This document shows positions 29,814-42,254 of a stretch of DNA of 64,000 bases, piece by piece. How positions within the stretch are numbered: position 1 is the stretch's first letter; each line of letters starts with the position of its first letter. Location: the NCBI GenBank assembly GCA_963611795.1, contig CAVDSZ010000008.1:24715-88714 (forward strand). The letters run 5' to 3'. The DNA is from Akkermansia muciniphila (GTDB taxonomy: Bacteria; Bacillota; Clostridia; Oscillospirales; CAG-272). Position numbers and translations under genes: made by a program. The notes under the pieces were generated by a model that worked only from the letters and a program-made list of their open reading frames with translations, was not told the origin of the DNA and did not search any database.

Positions 29814-32444
29814 TTACCCCAGTTTTGCGAGCGCGTCGACGAGTTGCGCCTCGGTCTCGCGGTATTTCCCGAGTTTGACGCGTTCGGTCTCCACGATTGC
29901 GGCGGGTGCTTTCGCGACAAATCCCTCGTTCGAGAGTTTTGCCGTGAGACGCGTAATCTCCCCACGCACACGGGTGAGCTCCGCCGTGAGACGGGCGCGC
30001 TCTTTCTCAAAGTCGACCAAATCCCCGAGCGGGATATACACGGTCGCCGCATCGGTCACGATGCTGACGGCGCCGTCCGCCGCATAACTGTCCACGAGGT
30101 GGACGCTCTCGGCGCTCGCGAGTTTCGAGAAGATACCCGCCGCCGCCGAGAAACTCTCGGGATACTTCGTAACGATATATAGATTGGCTTTCTTGGACGG
30201 CGGCACGTTCATCTCCGCGCGGCGGTTACGAATGGCGCGGATTGCGGCGATCACGCGATCGGTCGCTTCCTCCTCGGCGGGGTACAGACGTCCCTCGTCA
30301 TAGACGGGGTACGAATCAATCATAATGGACTCACCCGCCCCGGGCAGTGCTCCGTAAATCTCTTCGGTGATGAAAGGCATATACGGGTGCAGGAGTTTCA
30401 GAATCCCGTTCAGCACATACACCAGCACGCGGCGTGCCGCGGCGGCGCCTTCGCTCTCCTTATCGAAGAGGCGGTTCTTCGTCAACTCGATATACCAGTC
30501 GCAGAACGTGTCCCAGGTGAAGTCATAAATCTCGGAGAGCGCCACGCCCACTTCATAGTGATCGAGGTTCTCGCACACCGAGCGCACCGTATTCTGGAAC
30601 CGACTGATAATCCATTTATCCTCGGCGGTCATATCGGCATCGTCCGGGAGCCCGGCAGGCACCTCTGCGTCGCCGAGGTTCATCAGAACGAAGCGGGAGG
30701 CGTTCCACAGCTTGTTCGCAAAGTTGCGCGCCGCCTCAATCTTTTCATCCGAGAAGCGCATATCGTTCCCGGGTGCATTCCCCGTCGCGAGTGCGAAACG
30801 GAGGGCGTCCGCCCCGTATTTGTCGATGATTTCGAGGGGGTCTATGCCGTTTCCGAGCGATTTGGACATTTTCCGCCCCTGCGCGTCGCGCACGAGCCCG
30901 TGAATGAACACGGTGTGGAACGGTGCTTTCCCCGTATGCTCGAGACCCGAGAAAATCATACGCGAGACCCAGAACGAAATGATATCGTAGCCCGTGACGA
31001 GCGTGCTCGTCGGGTAGTAACGGCGGAGATCCTCGGTGTCATCCGGCCAGCCGAGCGTCGAGAACGGCCACAGCGCGGAGGAGAACCAGGTGTCCAGCAC
31101 GTCGTTTTCCTGCCGCATGGGCTTGCCGCACTTCGGGCAGACCGCGCTGTCCTCGGCGGTGACAGTCACCTCATGGCAGGCGTCGCAGTAGAACGCCGGA
31201 ATGCGGTGTCCCCACCACAGCTGCCGCGAGATGCACCAGTCGTGCAGGTTTTCCATCCAGACAGTATAGTTACGGGTGAAGCGCTCCGGCACGAAACGGA
31301 TGTCGCCCCGACGCACGGCATCGAGCGACGGCTCGATCATCGGAGCCATCTTCACGAACCATTGGTCGGAGGTCAGCGGCTCGACGGTCGTCTTACAGCG
31401 GTAGCAGGTACCGACGTTGTGCGCGTGCGGCTCGACGGAGAGCAGATACCCCGCCGCCTCGAGGTCGGCGACCAGCGCACGGCGACACTCGTAACGGTCC
31501 ATACCCTCATACTTACCGGCATAGGCGTTCATTGTCGCATCGTCGTTCATGACCTTAATCTGTTCGAGCCCGTGGCGCTGTCCGACGAGGAAGTCGTTCG
31601 GGTCGTGCGCGGGCGTGATTTTCACGCACCCGGTACCAAAACCAATCTCCACATAGTCGTCCGCGATGACGGGAATCTCCCGCCCGACGAGCGGCAGAAT
31701 CAGCGTCTTGCCGACGAGGTGTTTCGTGTTCTCATCATTCGGATTGACGGCGACGGCAGTATCGCCGAACATGGTCTCGGGGCGCGTCGTCGCAATCTCC
31801 ACATACCCGTCCTCGCCCTTGATGGGGTAGCGGATATGCCAGAAAGAACCTGCCTGCTCCTCGTACTCGACCTCCGCGTCGGAGAGCGCCGTCTTGCAGT
31901 GCGGGCACCAGTTGATGATGCGGTTGCCGCGGTAGATTAACCCCTTGTTATAGAGGCTCACGAACACTTCCTTGACGGCGCGGGAACAGCCCGCATCCAT
32001 GGTGAAGCGCTCACGCGTCCAGTCGCAGGAGGTGCCGAGTTTCTTCAACTGTGAAATGATGCGGTCACCGTACTTGTTCTTCCATTCCCACACCCGTTCG
32101 AGGAATTTCTCGCGCCCGAGATCGTAGCGGGTCAGCCCCTCGTTGACGCGGAGCTGCTCTTCCACCTTAATCTGCGTCGCGATACCGGCATGGTCAGTGC
32201 CGGGCACCCAAAGCGTATTGTAACCCTGCATTCTTTTGTAACGCACCAGAATGTCCTGGAGCGTCTCGTCGAGGGCGTGTCCCATGTGGAGTTGCCCCGT
32301 GACGTTCGGGGGAGGGATTACCATGGAGAACGCCGGACCCGGTTTCTTCGGGTCGGCGGTGAAGTAGCCGCGATCACACCATGTCTTGTAGATGCGGTCC
32401 TCGAACTCCTTCGGTGCATACGTTTTCGGGAGGTCTCTTGCCAT
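29814..32444 (-). CDS. valS: Valyl-tRNA synthetase
   Basis: [13 protein letters not shown] (HIGH), KMSKS, and a C-terminal coiled coil. Start taken at MARDLPKTY (32444), downstream of the T-box terminator. Confidence 0.95.
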   Translation of the reverse strand: MARDLPKTYAPKEFEDRIYKTWCDRGYFTADPKKPGPAFSMVIPPPNVTGQLHMGHALDETLQDILVRYKRMQGYNTLWVPGTDHAGIATQIKVEEQLRVNEGLTRYDLGREKFLERVWEWKNKYGDRIISQLKKLGTSCDWTRERFTMDAGCSRAVKEVFVSLYNKGLIYRGNRIINWCPHCKTALSDAEVEYEEQAGSFWHIRYPIKGEDGYVEIATTRPETMFGDTAVAVNPNDENTKHLVGKTLILPLVGREIPVIADDYVEIGFGTGCVKITPAHDPNDFLVGQRHGLEQIKVMNDDATMNAYAGKYEGMDRYECRRALVADLEAAGYLLSVEPHAHNVGTCYRCKTTVEPLTSDQWFVKMAPMIEPSLDAVRRGDIRFVPERFTRNYTVWMENLHDWCISRQLWWGHRIPAFYCDACHEVTVTAEDSAVCPKCGKPMRQENDVLDTWFSSALWPFSTLGWPDDTEDLRRYYPTSTLVTGYDIISFWVSRMIFSGLEHTGKAPFHTVFIHGLVRDAQGRKMSKSLGNGIDPLEIIDKYGADALRFALATGNAPGNDMRFSDEKIEAARNFANKLWNASRFVLMNLGDAEVPAGLPDDADMTAEDKWIISRFQNTVRSVCENLDHYEVGVALSEIYDFTWDTFCDWYIELTKNRLFDKESEGAAAARRVLVYVLNGILKLLHPYMPFITEEIYGALPGAGESIMIDSYPVYDEGRLYPAEEEATDRVIAAIRAIRNRRAEMNVPPSKKANLYIVTKYPESFSAAAGIFSKLASAESVHLVDSYAADGAVSIVTDAATVYIPLGDLVDFEKERARLTAELTRVRGEITRLTAKLSNEGFVAKAPAAIVETERVKLGKYRETEAQLVDALAKLG

Positions 32445-32461
32445 ACTGTATCCTTTCCGTC

Positions 32462-32745
32462 GCCCGGCGACAAAAACAAAATACCCCGTGTCCAACCGAC
32501 ACAGGGCGTCATCAACGCGGTACCACCTGTTTCACGCGCCACGCGACGCGCCTTGGGGGGGAGAGGTTCTACTGGACGGAGAGACGCCCGAAAAACCGGG
32601 CAACGCGCGGTCAAAGCCACACTCTCACATCTTTCTTCCTCGGCTCGGGGGCGACCTTCACCCGCCGGGGCACCGACAGGCTCGCACCGACCGCCTGCTC
32701 TCTTGACCGCCCCGGGAGGTTACTCCTCCCCGTCATTGCCACCCT
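32462..32745 (-). promoter_or_regulatory. T-box riboswitch leader of valS
   Basis: Minus strand contains AAACAGGTGGTACCGCG (T-box core), followed by the terminator CCCTGTGTC..GACACGGGG plus TATTTTGTTTTT. Stem I AGAGA/GNUGCGA-like elements lie upstream. A GUC in GAAGGUCGCC is a plausible Val specifier, but this is unresolved. Confidence 0.85.
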
Positions 32746-32774
32746 ATTGTAATTGATTCCCACCGATTTGTCAA
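32746..32774 (-). promoter_or_regulatory. Sigma-A promoter of the valS leader
   Basis: Minus strand: TTGACA (32769-32774), 17-nt spacer, TACAAT (32746-32751). Confidence 0.65.
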
Positions 32775-32879
32775 GCCCCCGTCTCTTGCATTCGGGGCAT
32801 TTCTTGACTATAATAGAGAAAACCACCATTCGGAAAGGCGCGTCATCGTTTTCTGTCAACCGATGACCGGGAGAGACTT

Positions 32880-33392
32880 ATGCAAGCAGGATTTTTGACC
32901 ATTGAGAAAGGTACGCCGGCGGATGCGGCGGAATTGATTGACTATTTGCGGACAATCGGGGGCGAAACCGACAATCTGTCGTTCGGCTCCGACGATTTCC
33001 CGTTCACGGTCGAGTCGGAGGCGGAATACCTCGAAAAACAGGTGGATTCCCCCGACCGGGTACTCTATGTCGCCCGTGTGGACGGCAGGATTGTGGGCGA
33101 CGCGAGCCTTTCCCGCGGCTGCCGACGTATGCGCCACCGCGGGGAGTTCGGTATCAGCGTTCTGCGTTCCATGTGGGGGAAAGGCATCGGCACGGCGCTC
33201 GCCGAAAAGGTGCTGGCTTTTGCGAGGGAAAACGGCTTTGAGCAACTCTTTCTCGAAGTCCGCAGCGACAACGCCCGCGCCATTCACCTCTACGAAAAAC
33301 TCGGTTTTTCCAAACTGTGTACCTACCCCGACTACTTAAAACAGCCCGACGGTCGGACGGTCGACTGCGACCTGATGTACCTCCCGCTTTGA
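32880..33392 (+). CDS. GNAT-family N-acetyltransferase
   Basis: RGEFGISVLRSMWGKGIGTALAEKVLAFARENGFEQLFLEVRSDNARAIHLYEKLGF contains the acetyl-CoA motif A (Q/RxxGxG/A). Confidence 0.85.
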   Translation: MQAGFLTIEKGTPADAAELIDYLRTIGGETDNLSFGSDDFPFTVESEAEYLEKQVDSPDRVLYVARVDGRIVGDASLSRGCRRMRHRGEFGISVLRSMWGKGIGTALAEKVLAFARENGFEQLFLEVRSDNARAIHLYEKLGFSKLCTYPDYLKQPDGRTVDCDLMYLPL

Positions 33393-33577
33393 GAGACGCA
33401 CCGGGGGTAGAACCGCTCCGTCGCCACCGACCCCCGGAGCCGTCACAAAGCCGCCTCGGCGGCACGCACGCCGTTTGGGTTCCCCGCACAAAAGCCGTGC
33501 CGCAGTATGATCCTTTTTCTTGAAAAGCGCCGCGGCGTGTGCTATACTGATATGAAACCAACCGCGATGAGGTCACT

Positions 33578-34765
33578 ATGAAAGAAATCATTCTTTGCAA
33601 GTACGGAGAACTCGTGCTGAAAGGCGCGAACAAGTCCTCCTTTGAGAGCCGACTGACGAAAGAGCTGCGCCGCCGCGCCTGGCACTACGGCGCTTTTGAA
33701 GTTCATCACGCGCAGTCCACCATTTATATCGAGCCGCTGAACGACGAGGCGGATCTCGACGGTATGTACGAGAGCGCCCGCGACGTGTTCGGCATCGTCG
33801 GCGTCACGCGCGCCGCCGTCGCGGAGAAGGACATTGACGACATCTGCCGCGTCGCGCGCGACTACCTGCCCGAGAAACTCGCCGGCGCCCGCACGTTCCG
33901 CGTCGATGCCAAGCGCTCCGATAAAGCCTTCCCCCTGAACTCTCCCGAGATTGCCGCCCGCGTAGGCGGTGCCATCCTCTCCGCCGCACATACCCTGAAA
34001 GTGGATCTCCATCACCCGGACGCCATGGTGCGGGTCGAAGTGCGCGAGAACGCCGCCTACCTCCACGCAGGGCAGGAAAAAGGCGCCGGCGGGCTGCCGC
34101 TCGGGTGCGCCGGGCGCGGAATGCTCCTGCTCTCCGGGGGGATTGATTCCCCGGTCGCCGGGTACATGATGGCGAAGCGCGGACTGGAACTGGAAGCCGT
34201 CCACTTTGAATCCTATCCCTACACCTCCGAGCGCGCGCGGGAAAAGGTCTTTACGCTCGCCGAGGAGCTCTGCCGTTTCACCTCGAAAATCGACGTGCAC
34301 GTCATGTCGCTGACCCATGTGCAGGAAGAACTCTCGCGCAAATGCGCCGAAGAGTATTTTACACTCCTGCTCCGCCACTTTATGATGAAGCTCGCCGAAC
34401 GCTGTGCTCGGGAGCGGAACGCAGGCGCTCTCATCACGGGGGAGAGCCTCGGGCAGGTCGCCTCGCAGACCATGGAAGCCATGGCAGTGACCGGGGCGGC
34501 GGTGACGATTCCGCTGTTCCGTCCCTGCATCGGTATGGACAAAGATGAAATCGTGACGGTCGCACGGCGCATCGGGACGTTTGAGACGTCGATTCTCCCC
34601 TATGAGGACTGCTGCACCGTATTCACGCCGCGGCACCCCAAGACGCGCCCGGTGCTTGCCCAGGTACTGAAAGAACTGGAAAAGGTCGATGTCGAGGCAC
34701 TCCTGGAAGAAGCGTGGCAGAGCCGCTACACCGTCTCCCGCAAACTCTATGACGATTATCGCTGA
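33578..34765 (+). CDS. thiI: tRNA 4-thiouridine(8) synthase ThiI
   Basis: Ferredoxin-like and THUMP N-terminus, and the PP-loop LLLSGGIDSPVA. Confidence 0.9.
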   Translation: MKEIILCKYGELVLKGANKSSFESRLTKELRRRAWHYGAFEVHHAQSTIYIEPLNDEADLDGMYESARDVFGIVGVTRAAVAEKDIDDICRVARDYLPEKLAGARTFRVDAKRSDKAFPLNSPEIAARVGGAILSAAHTLKVDLHHPDAMVRVEVRENAAYLHAGQEKGAGGLPLGCAGRGMLLLSGGIDSPVAGYMMAKRGLELEAVHFESYPYTSERAREKVFTLAEELCRFTSKIDVHVMSLTHVQEELSRKCAEEYFTLLLRHFMMKLAERCARERNAGALITGESLGQVASQTMEAMAVTGAAVTIPLFRPCIGMDKDEIVTVARRIGTFETSILPYEDCCTVFTPRHPKTRPVLAQVLKELEKVDVEALLEEAWQSRYTVSRKLYDDYR

Positions 34766-34776
34766 AAGGAGTCTTT

Positions 34777-35373
34777 ATGACCAACCGCGAAAAATTTCTT
34801 GACATTTATTCGACGTACATCAAGCGTGAGGGCGCGCAGGAGCTGCTCGCGTGGCTGACCGGTACGAATTCCGACTTCTTCACCGCGCCCGCCTCGACCC
34901 GTTACCACTCCGCCTATGAGGGGGGTCTGCTCGAACACTCCATCAACGTCTATGAGTGTCTGCGCGATTACCTCGCGCGGAACAAGGTGCGCGACGAGTT
35001 CGGGCTGTCCTACTCGGACGAAACCATCGCCATCATCTCCCTGCTCCATGACCTGTGCAAGGTCAATGTGTACCGCGTCTCGACGCGCAACGTCAAGGAC
35101 CCCGTCACCGGGCAGTGGAAACCCATGCCCTACTATGAGTTCGACGATAACCTCCCCTACGGTCACGGGGAAAAATCCGTCTACGTCATTTCCGGCTTCA
35201 TGCGCCTGACGCGTGAGGAGGCGTTCGCAATCCGCTACCACATGGGCTTCTCTAACGAGGACGACGCGCGCAACGTCGGCAAAGCCTTTGAACTCTTCCC
35301 TCTGGCGCTTGCCCTCTCAATCGCCGACACAGAGGCGACCTATTTCGTCGAGGCGAGAAAAGAGCAGAAGTAA
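34777..35373 (+). CDS. HD-domain phosphohydrolase
   Basis: YHSAYEGGLLEHS...SLLHDLCK provides the H...HD metal ligands. 198 aa. Confidence 0.75.
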   Translation: MTNREKFLDIYSTYIKREGAQELLAWLTGTNSDFFTAPASTRYHSAYEGGLLEHSINVYECLRDYLARNKVRDEFGLSYSDETIAIISLLHDLCKVNVYRVSTRNVKDPVTGQWKPMPYYEFDDNLPYGHGEKSVYVISGFMRLTREEAFAIRYHMGFSNEDDARNVGKAFELFPLALALSIADTEATYFVEARKEQK

Positions 35374-35519
35374 CACGCAGGGCGAAAAACGCGGGAGAAA
35401 CGTCGTCTGCCCCGGCGGACGCGGCGCCCCTCTTTCGTCCGCATAGCAACGGAGCGGAGCCTGTTTTAAAGGCTCCGCTCCGCGTTTTATGAAATGTTTG
35501 ATGAGTCCCTTCGGCGTTG

Positions 35520-36512
35520 TCAGATGAGCAGATCGTTCCCGACCGGCGTCTCGAACACACGGTAAAAGGTCTCGGCACTGTCGGTGACGGTCAGCGCCCA
35601 CATGGTCTTGGCAAGCACTGCCTCGGTCGTCATCTCGTATGCCTCTGGCAAACGGTATTTTTCCTTGATGCGGTACCCGACGCGGTAGGTCTCCATGGCA
35701 CTCCCCTCGTGGGCGACCTGCGTCGCCACCACGATACGCACCCCCTTCGCCTGCAGGTGGGCGATGCCCTTCTCAAACGCGCCGTCGTCGTAGTGCGGGA
35801 TTCCGCCGACCCCGAAGCTCTCGAGAATGACGGCATGGCTGTGCACCGCCGCATAGTCGAGGATTCCGGCATCGATGCCGGGCGTTAGTTTGACGAGCAG
35901 GACATTGGCATCGAGCCGGTCGTAAAACCACTCCTCCCCCGTGACGTCTCCCTTGATATAGTATTGTACCCGCCCGTCTCGCACCAGAGCCACGGTCGGA
36001 TAGTCCACGCTGGAAAAGGCGTTGAAACTCCGCGTGCGTGTCTTGCGGGCACGCGTGCCGCAGATGACCTTGCCGTCAAAGAACACGCGCACCCCGCAGG
36101 CGTCCGGGTCACTCGCGTAGCGGAAGGCGCCGAGGAGATTATCGCGCGCGTCGCTGTCGCGCTCAAAAATGGAAATCTGCGAGCCCGTGAGTACGACCGG
36201 CTTACGTGCGTTCTGCAGGAGATAGTAAAGGCACGCGGCGGCATACGCCATGGTGTCGGTGCCGTGCGTGATGACAAAGCCGTCGTATACGTCGTACACC
36301 TCCCGCACGCGCCGGGCAATCTGCACCCAGTGCTCGGGGCGCATATTGGTGCTGTCGAGATTGCACACCTGCTCTGCCGTCACGTCGCAGACGTCGGCAA
36401 TCTCCGGTACACATCCGAGCAGCTCCTCCGCCGTGAGTGCGGGCGTCAGCCCCTCCCCGAGATTCCGCGACGCGATTGTCCCGCCCGTCGCCAAAAGCAG
36501 TATTTTTTTCAT
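35520..36512 (-). CDS. ansA: L-asparaginase, type I
   Basis: MKKILLLATGGTIAS (catalytic Thr), ITHGTDTM, and VVLTGSQ. Start at 36512, not the extended ORF start at 36677. Confidence 0.85.
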   Translation of the reverse strand: MKKILLLATGGTIASRNLGEGLTPALTAEELLGCVPEIADVCDVTAEQVCNLDSTNMRPEHWVQIARRVREVYDVYDGFVITHGTDTMAYAAACLYYLLQNARKPVVLTGSQISIFERDSDARDNLLGAFRYASDPDACGVRVFFDGKVICGTRARKTRTRSFNAFSSVDYPTVALVRDGRVQYYIKGDVTGEEWFYDRLDANVLLVKLTPGIDAGILDYAAVHSHAVILESFGVGGIPHYDDGAFEKGIAHLQAKGVRIVVATQVAHEGSAMETYRVGYRIKEKYRLPEAYEMTTEAVLAKTMWALTVTDSAETFYRVFETPVGNDLLI

Positions 36513-36726
36513 TTTACAGCACTCCCGTCCGTTTTCGTCTGTTTCCGTCGTGCGGTATTTCCCGCGCGGCATTCTCCGCATAGCACGCCGGACGCTCCGC
36601 CGTAACCCCGCCAGAACCGCCGTGGCAACCGCCACCGCACACATTTTTACTTTCCTAGTGTACCACGCGCACGGCACAAAAACAACCGTTTACAACAAAA
36701 ACCGTGGCTTATACGGCAATGCCCCG

Positions 36727-37014
36727 TCAAGGAAAAGTATTTTTTCGTGCACTGAGTGAAATATGTTTACTTACGGGAGACGTGTCGGTGCATTTGGTCA
36801 CACCCGCCAGATAATCAATCGATACTGCATACAGTGCCGCCAATTCGATAAATTGATGCATCAGCAATTCCTGTTTGCCTGTTTCATACCGCACATATTG
36901 CTGCCGTAAAATCCCAAAATGCTCCGCGACCTGTGTCTGTGTCAGGTCGGCATCTTCGCGCAGATCCCGTAATCTTTTGTAGAGATTGTCTATCGCGACA
37001 TTTCGTCCCTGACA
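36727..37014 (-). pseudogene. XRE-family HTH gene lacking a usable start codon (5'-truncated)
   Basis: Minus-strand frame reads ..NLYKRLRDLREDADLTQTQVAEHFGILRQQYVRYETGKQELLMHQFIELAALYAVSIDYLAGV..*. There is no in-frame ATG, GTG or TTG before the HTH. The frame runs directly into repeat 37026-37122. Confidence 0.5.
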
Positions 37015-37025
37015 TTTTAAAAAAT

Positions 37026-37122
37026 AAAGGCAACCGACTCTGCTTTCTCTTTCGAGTTGTATAGCAAAATCGGTTGCCCATTACTTTATTTCGGGGGCGT
37101 GATCTCCCCCTTATCTCTTGTC
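37026..37122 (-). repeat. MITE-like family, hairpin/terminator module only (groEL 3' copy)
   Basis: Minus strand directly after the groEL TAA: GACAAGAGATAAGGGGGAGATCACGCCCCCGAAATAAAGTAATG, then hairpin 37029-37078 (GGCAACCGA..TCGGTTGCC), then TTTATTTTTT. About 90% identical to 50927-51025. Confidence 0.85.
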
Positions 37123-38754
<1,632 letters not shown>

Positions 38755-38759
38755 TCACC

Positions 38760-39047
<288 letters not shown>

Positions 39048-39097
39048 CTAACGCTTCCTTTCCGAACAGGTGACAAGCACCTCATGAAAATCAGGTT

Positions 39098-39124
39098 TTA
39101 GCACTCATCTCTTTCGAGTGCTAA
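39098..39124. promoter_or_regulatory. CIRCE operator (HrcA binding site)
   Basis: TTAGCACTC-N9-GAGTGCTAA, an exact match to the consensus inverted repeat, between the promoter and groES. Confidence 0.92.
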
Positions 39125-39127
39125 CTC

Positions 39128-39156
39128 ATTGTACATATCTTCCGGAGCTTAGTCAA
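39128..39156 (-). promoter_or_regulatory. Sigma-A promoter of groES-groEL
   Basis: Minus strand: TTGACT (39151-39156), 17-nt spacer, TACAAT (39128-39133), immediately upstream of CIRCE. Confidence 0.7.
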
Positions 39157-39204
39157 GAGGACATACGGAATGTTCACACTTTATTAACAAACATTTCCAT
39201 TGTC

Positions 39205-39235
39205 GGTCAAAAAATCCTGACAGCGTGCTGTCAGG
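39205..39235 (-). terminator. Terminator after sigF (overlaps its stop codon)
   Basis: Minus strand: CCTGACAGCACGCTGTCAGG followed by ATTTTTTGACC. Confidence 0.65.
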
Positions 39236-39956
39236 TGAGTTCTCCGCGCAGAAAAGCGAGGATTTTTTTCTCCTCACGGCTGACCTTGACCTGCGTGAGT
39301 CCGAGCAGGTCTGCCGTCTGCTGCTGGGAGAGATCGCGCCAGTAGCGGAGCAGAATAATCTTGCGGCGCAGCGGCGGGAGTTTGTCGATTGACATGGAGA
39401 GCGCGAGGTGATAGAAATTCCGCTCCTCGGCGTCCTCGTCGGCGATGGCGTCGTCGAGCGTGGGGCCGTCCTCCTCCCCGAACAGGCTTTCGGAGAGCGA
39501 GCGGATGGGGGCTACGGCGTCGAGGGCGACCGCCGCCTCGGAGACCGTCACGCCGCAGGCGTCCGCGAGGTCGGAGAGCCGCGGATTCTCCCCGCGCTTG
39601 ACGGCGCGTTCCCGCTCCTCGGAGAGCATGGCGGCGAGCCGTTTCTGCGTGCGGGAGACCTTCATGGGTCCCTCGTCGCGCAGGTGGCGCCGAATCTCCC
39701 CGAAGATGAGCGGCACGGCGTAGGTCGAGAGCGCGCACGCGCGCTCGGGGTCAAACGTACGAATGGCTTTGAGCAGCCCGATTGAGCCGATTTGTATCAG
39801 ATCTTCCCTGTCCACCCCGCGCCCCTCGAACCGCGCGGCGATGTTGCGGACGAGCCCCCCGTTCGCGACGAGGAGCGCCTCGGTTGCCGACTCATCTCCC
39901 GCGCGGGAGCGCTCGAGCAGTGACAGATTTTCGGCATAGGCTTTTCTCGCTTCCAT
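39231..39956 (-). CDS. sigF: Sporulation sigma factor SigF
   Basis: Sigma-70 regions 2-4 (DLIQIGSIGLLKAIRTFDPE..., YWRDLSQQQTADLLGLTQVKVSREEKK). Third gene of the spoIIA operon. Confidence 0.9.
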   Translation of the reverse strand: MEARKAYAENLSLLERSRAGDESATEALLVANGGLVRNIAARFEGRGVDREDLIQIGSIGLLKAIRTFDPERACALSTYAVPLIFGEIRRHLRDEGPMKVSRTQKRLAAMLSEERERAVKRGENPRLSDLADACGVTVSEAAVALDAVAPIRSLSESLFGEEDGPTLDDAIADEDAEERNFYHLALSMSIDKLPPLRRKIILLRYWRDLSQQQTADLLGLTQVKVSREEKKILAFLRGELT

Positions 39957-39976
39957 GGTATCCTTTCACATGGCGG

Positions 39977-40420
39977 TCAGGTAAGGGTTTTATATAGGGT
40001 GACTTTGGTTCCCTCTCCCACCCGTGACATGACTTCCACGCGGTCGCAGAATGCCTCCATGACAGAGAATCCCATGCCGCTGCGGTCGCCCGAGTCGTCG
40101 GTGGTGAACAGGGGCTCGCGCGCGGCGGCAACGTCGGGGATACCCCGACCGTGATCCCGCACGGAGATTTTGAGACTGCGGTCCTCGTAGAGTGTCACCG
40201 CTATGTAAAGCAGTTTGTCGTCCACGTCGCTCGGCGAGCCGTAGCCGTGGACGATTGCGTTCGTCACCGCCTCCGACAGCGCACAGCGAATATCGCCGAG
40301 TTCCGTCACAGTCGGGTTCATGGTCGCGACCATCGCGCAGACCTGCGTGCGCGCCATGCGTTCGTTCTCGCTGATAGCGGGCAAGACCAGTTTCATCGTA
40401 TTCAGATAAGCGCGTCTCAC
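39977..40420 (-). CDS. spoIIAB: Anti-sigma F factor SpoIIAB (Ser kinase)
   Basis: HATPase_c N-box EAVTNAIVHG and G-boxes DHGRGI...GMGF. 147 aa. Confidence 0.9.
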   Translation of the reverse strand: MRRAYLNTMKLVLPAISENERMARTQVCAMVATMNPTVTELGDIRCALSEAVTNAIVHGYGSPSDVDDKLLYIAVTLYEDRSLKISVRDHGRGIPDVAAAREPLFTTDDSGDRSGMGFSVMEAFCDRVEVMSRVGEGTKVTLYKTLT

Positions 40421-40755
40421 AGCGTGTCCTCCTCTACAAACAGCCCGTCGAGGCGCGACGCGCCCGCGAGCGATAAAATGGTACGGATTCTTTCATTGAC
40501 TTTGACAAGGCGCATTTCACACGCCAGCTCGCGCGCGACATTCAGCCGCCCGAGGATCAGCCCGAGCCCGCTGGAATCCATGAAGGAAACGTGTTCGAGC
40601 GAGAGCAGGAACAGGCGCGGTCGGTGCAGGAACAGTTCGGTATCCAATTTTTCACGGAGTGCCCGCGCGCTGTGATGATCGACTTCACCGCAGATTGCGC
40701 ACTCGAGCACCCCCGCCTGAATGCGGGTCTTGATAAACGCAGTTTCTTGTAACAT
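40417..40755 (-). CDS. spoIIAA: Anti-sigma F factor antagonist SpoIIAA (STAS)
   Basis: STAS domain with the phosphorylatable Ser context VSFMDSSGLGLILG. Start taken at MLQET (40755), not the 195-aa extended ORF. Confidence 0.85.
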   Translation of the reverse strand: MLQETAFIKTRIQAGVLECAICGEVDHHSARALREKLDTELFLHRPRLFLLSLEHVSFMDSSGLGLILGRLNVARELACEMRLVKVNERIRTILSLAGASRLDGLFVEEDTL

Positions 40756-41002
40756 AGTGACTTGCCTTTCCGTTTTTTTCGATTGTAGCACCCCTGCGGA
40801 CGCGAAATGTGTCAAAGTCTGCCCCGGGCAGGAAAAAATCATTTTTTCTTTTTCGCCCCCACGGTTTCCGTCCGTTTTCCCCGCGCAAAGCAAGAGCAAA
40901 ACACCCGCATTTTCCCCTTGCAAACAGGAACAAAATGTGACACAATATAAATAAAGGAAATCTGTCCCCGCACAAATGATCTGTTTTTGAGGAGGACGAC
41001 CC

Positions 41003-41632
41003 ATGGCGGAAATGCTGATTATCGGGATTGCCGGCGGCTCCGGCAGCGGAAAAAGTACGATTGCGCGCCTGCTCTCCGAGCACTTCGGCGGCAGAGTGGC
41101 TGTGATTCGGCACGACGACTACTATCGCGCCCAGCACGATATGCCCTTTGAAGAGCGGGCGAAGCAGAACTACGACCACCCGGATGCCTTCGACACCGAT
41201 CTTCTGCTCGAGCATCTCGCGGCGCTCCGCCGCGGCGAAACGATTGCCTGCCCGATTTATGACTACATGGAGCATGACCGCACCGCGGAGACGCGCCTGA
41301 TTGCCCCTGCGGATGTCCTGCTCATCGATGGGATTCTGATTCTGTCCGATCCGCGCCTGCGCGCATTTATGGATATCAAGCTGTACGTCGATACCGACGC
41401 GGATATCCGTATTCTCCGCCGTGTCAAGCGGGACGTGAACAAACGCCGCCGCACGCTGGAGTCGGTCATTGAACAGTACCTCACGACGGTCAAGCCCATG
41501 CACGAGGCGTTCGTCGAGCCGAGTAAGAAGTACGCCGACATCATCATTCCCGAGGGCGGGCGCAACATCGTCGCGCTGGAACTGCTCGAGGATCGTATCC
41601 GCCGCCACCTCACCCCCGGCAAGACCGAATAA
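41003..41632 (+). CDS. udk: Uridine kinase
   Basis: IIGIAGGSGSGKSTIA P-loop, YDHPDAFD, and ILRRVKRDVNKRRR. Confidence 0.9.
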   Translation: MAEMLIIGIAGGSGSGKSTIARLLSEHFGGRVAVIRHDDYYRAQHDMPFEERAKQNYDHPDAFDTDLLLEHLAALRRGETIACPIYDYMEHDRTAETRLIAPADVLLIDGILILSDPRLRAFMDIKLYVDTDADIRILRRVKRDVNKRRRTLESVIEQYLTTVKPMHEAFVEPSKKYADIIIPEGGRNIVALELLEDRIRRHLTPGKTE

Positions 41633-41806
41633 CCCCGATTGCGATAGCGAACCTGCGCCCCCGCGCGTCCGTCCTGCCGTCTCATCACTCATAAAAACAG
41701 CGTGGCGCCCGAAAAATCGGGCGCCACGCTCATTTGGTATAACCGTTACGCGGTCGCGGGGATACTGAAGAAAAAGTCCGAAGAACGGAAAGGAACGGGA
41801 CTCTTT

Positions 41807-42061
41807 ATGCCCTATTTCAATTATCACGCGACGGCACAGCGCCTGCTCCGCGCGGGAAAACTGCGCGACCTGCGGGTCGTCGAGCGCTACCACGGTATTT
41901 CCCCCGCGCTCCTGCTCTATTTTGACGACACCGCCCACCCCGTCATGCCAATCCGCGAGCATCGTTTCGATGAATATTTCTCCCTGATTGCCGCGCTCTA
42001 TCCGCCGGACACAGCGGGAGCAACGCGGGAACCACCCGCCCCGCCGGCGGCAAAAAAATAA
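41807..42061 (+). CDS. Hypothetical small protein (84 aa)
   Basis: MPYFNYHATAQRLLRAGKL...PIREHRFDEYF. Start chosen at ATG 41807. No function recognised. Confidence 0.45.
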   Translation: MPYFNYHATAQRLLRAGKLRDLRVVERYHGISPALLLYFDDTAHPVMPIREHRFDEYFSLIAALYPPDTAGATREPPAPPAAKK

Positions 42062-42254
42062 CCATGGGAGCTGCGCCGCAGTACAGCCCCCACTCCCGAT
42101 CATGCCGCCCCGCGGTCACGTTTTGCCTCCCGTCGCGCCACAGACAAAGGACAAGTAAAGCGTAACGCGCGCCTCCGCGCGGAACATTCTTTTTTACTCT
42201 TGACAAACGGAACTTCTTATTATACAATTTTAGACTATTTACAAGGAGTCCGTT

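Noticed and set aside
36513-36726. A GC-rich ~210-nt region upstream of the asparaginase gene as a riboswitch or leader.
   Set aside because: I could not identify a known riboswitch core or a convincing terminator/antiterminator pair by eye. It is left unannotated rather than over-called.
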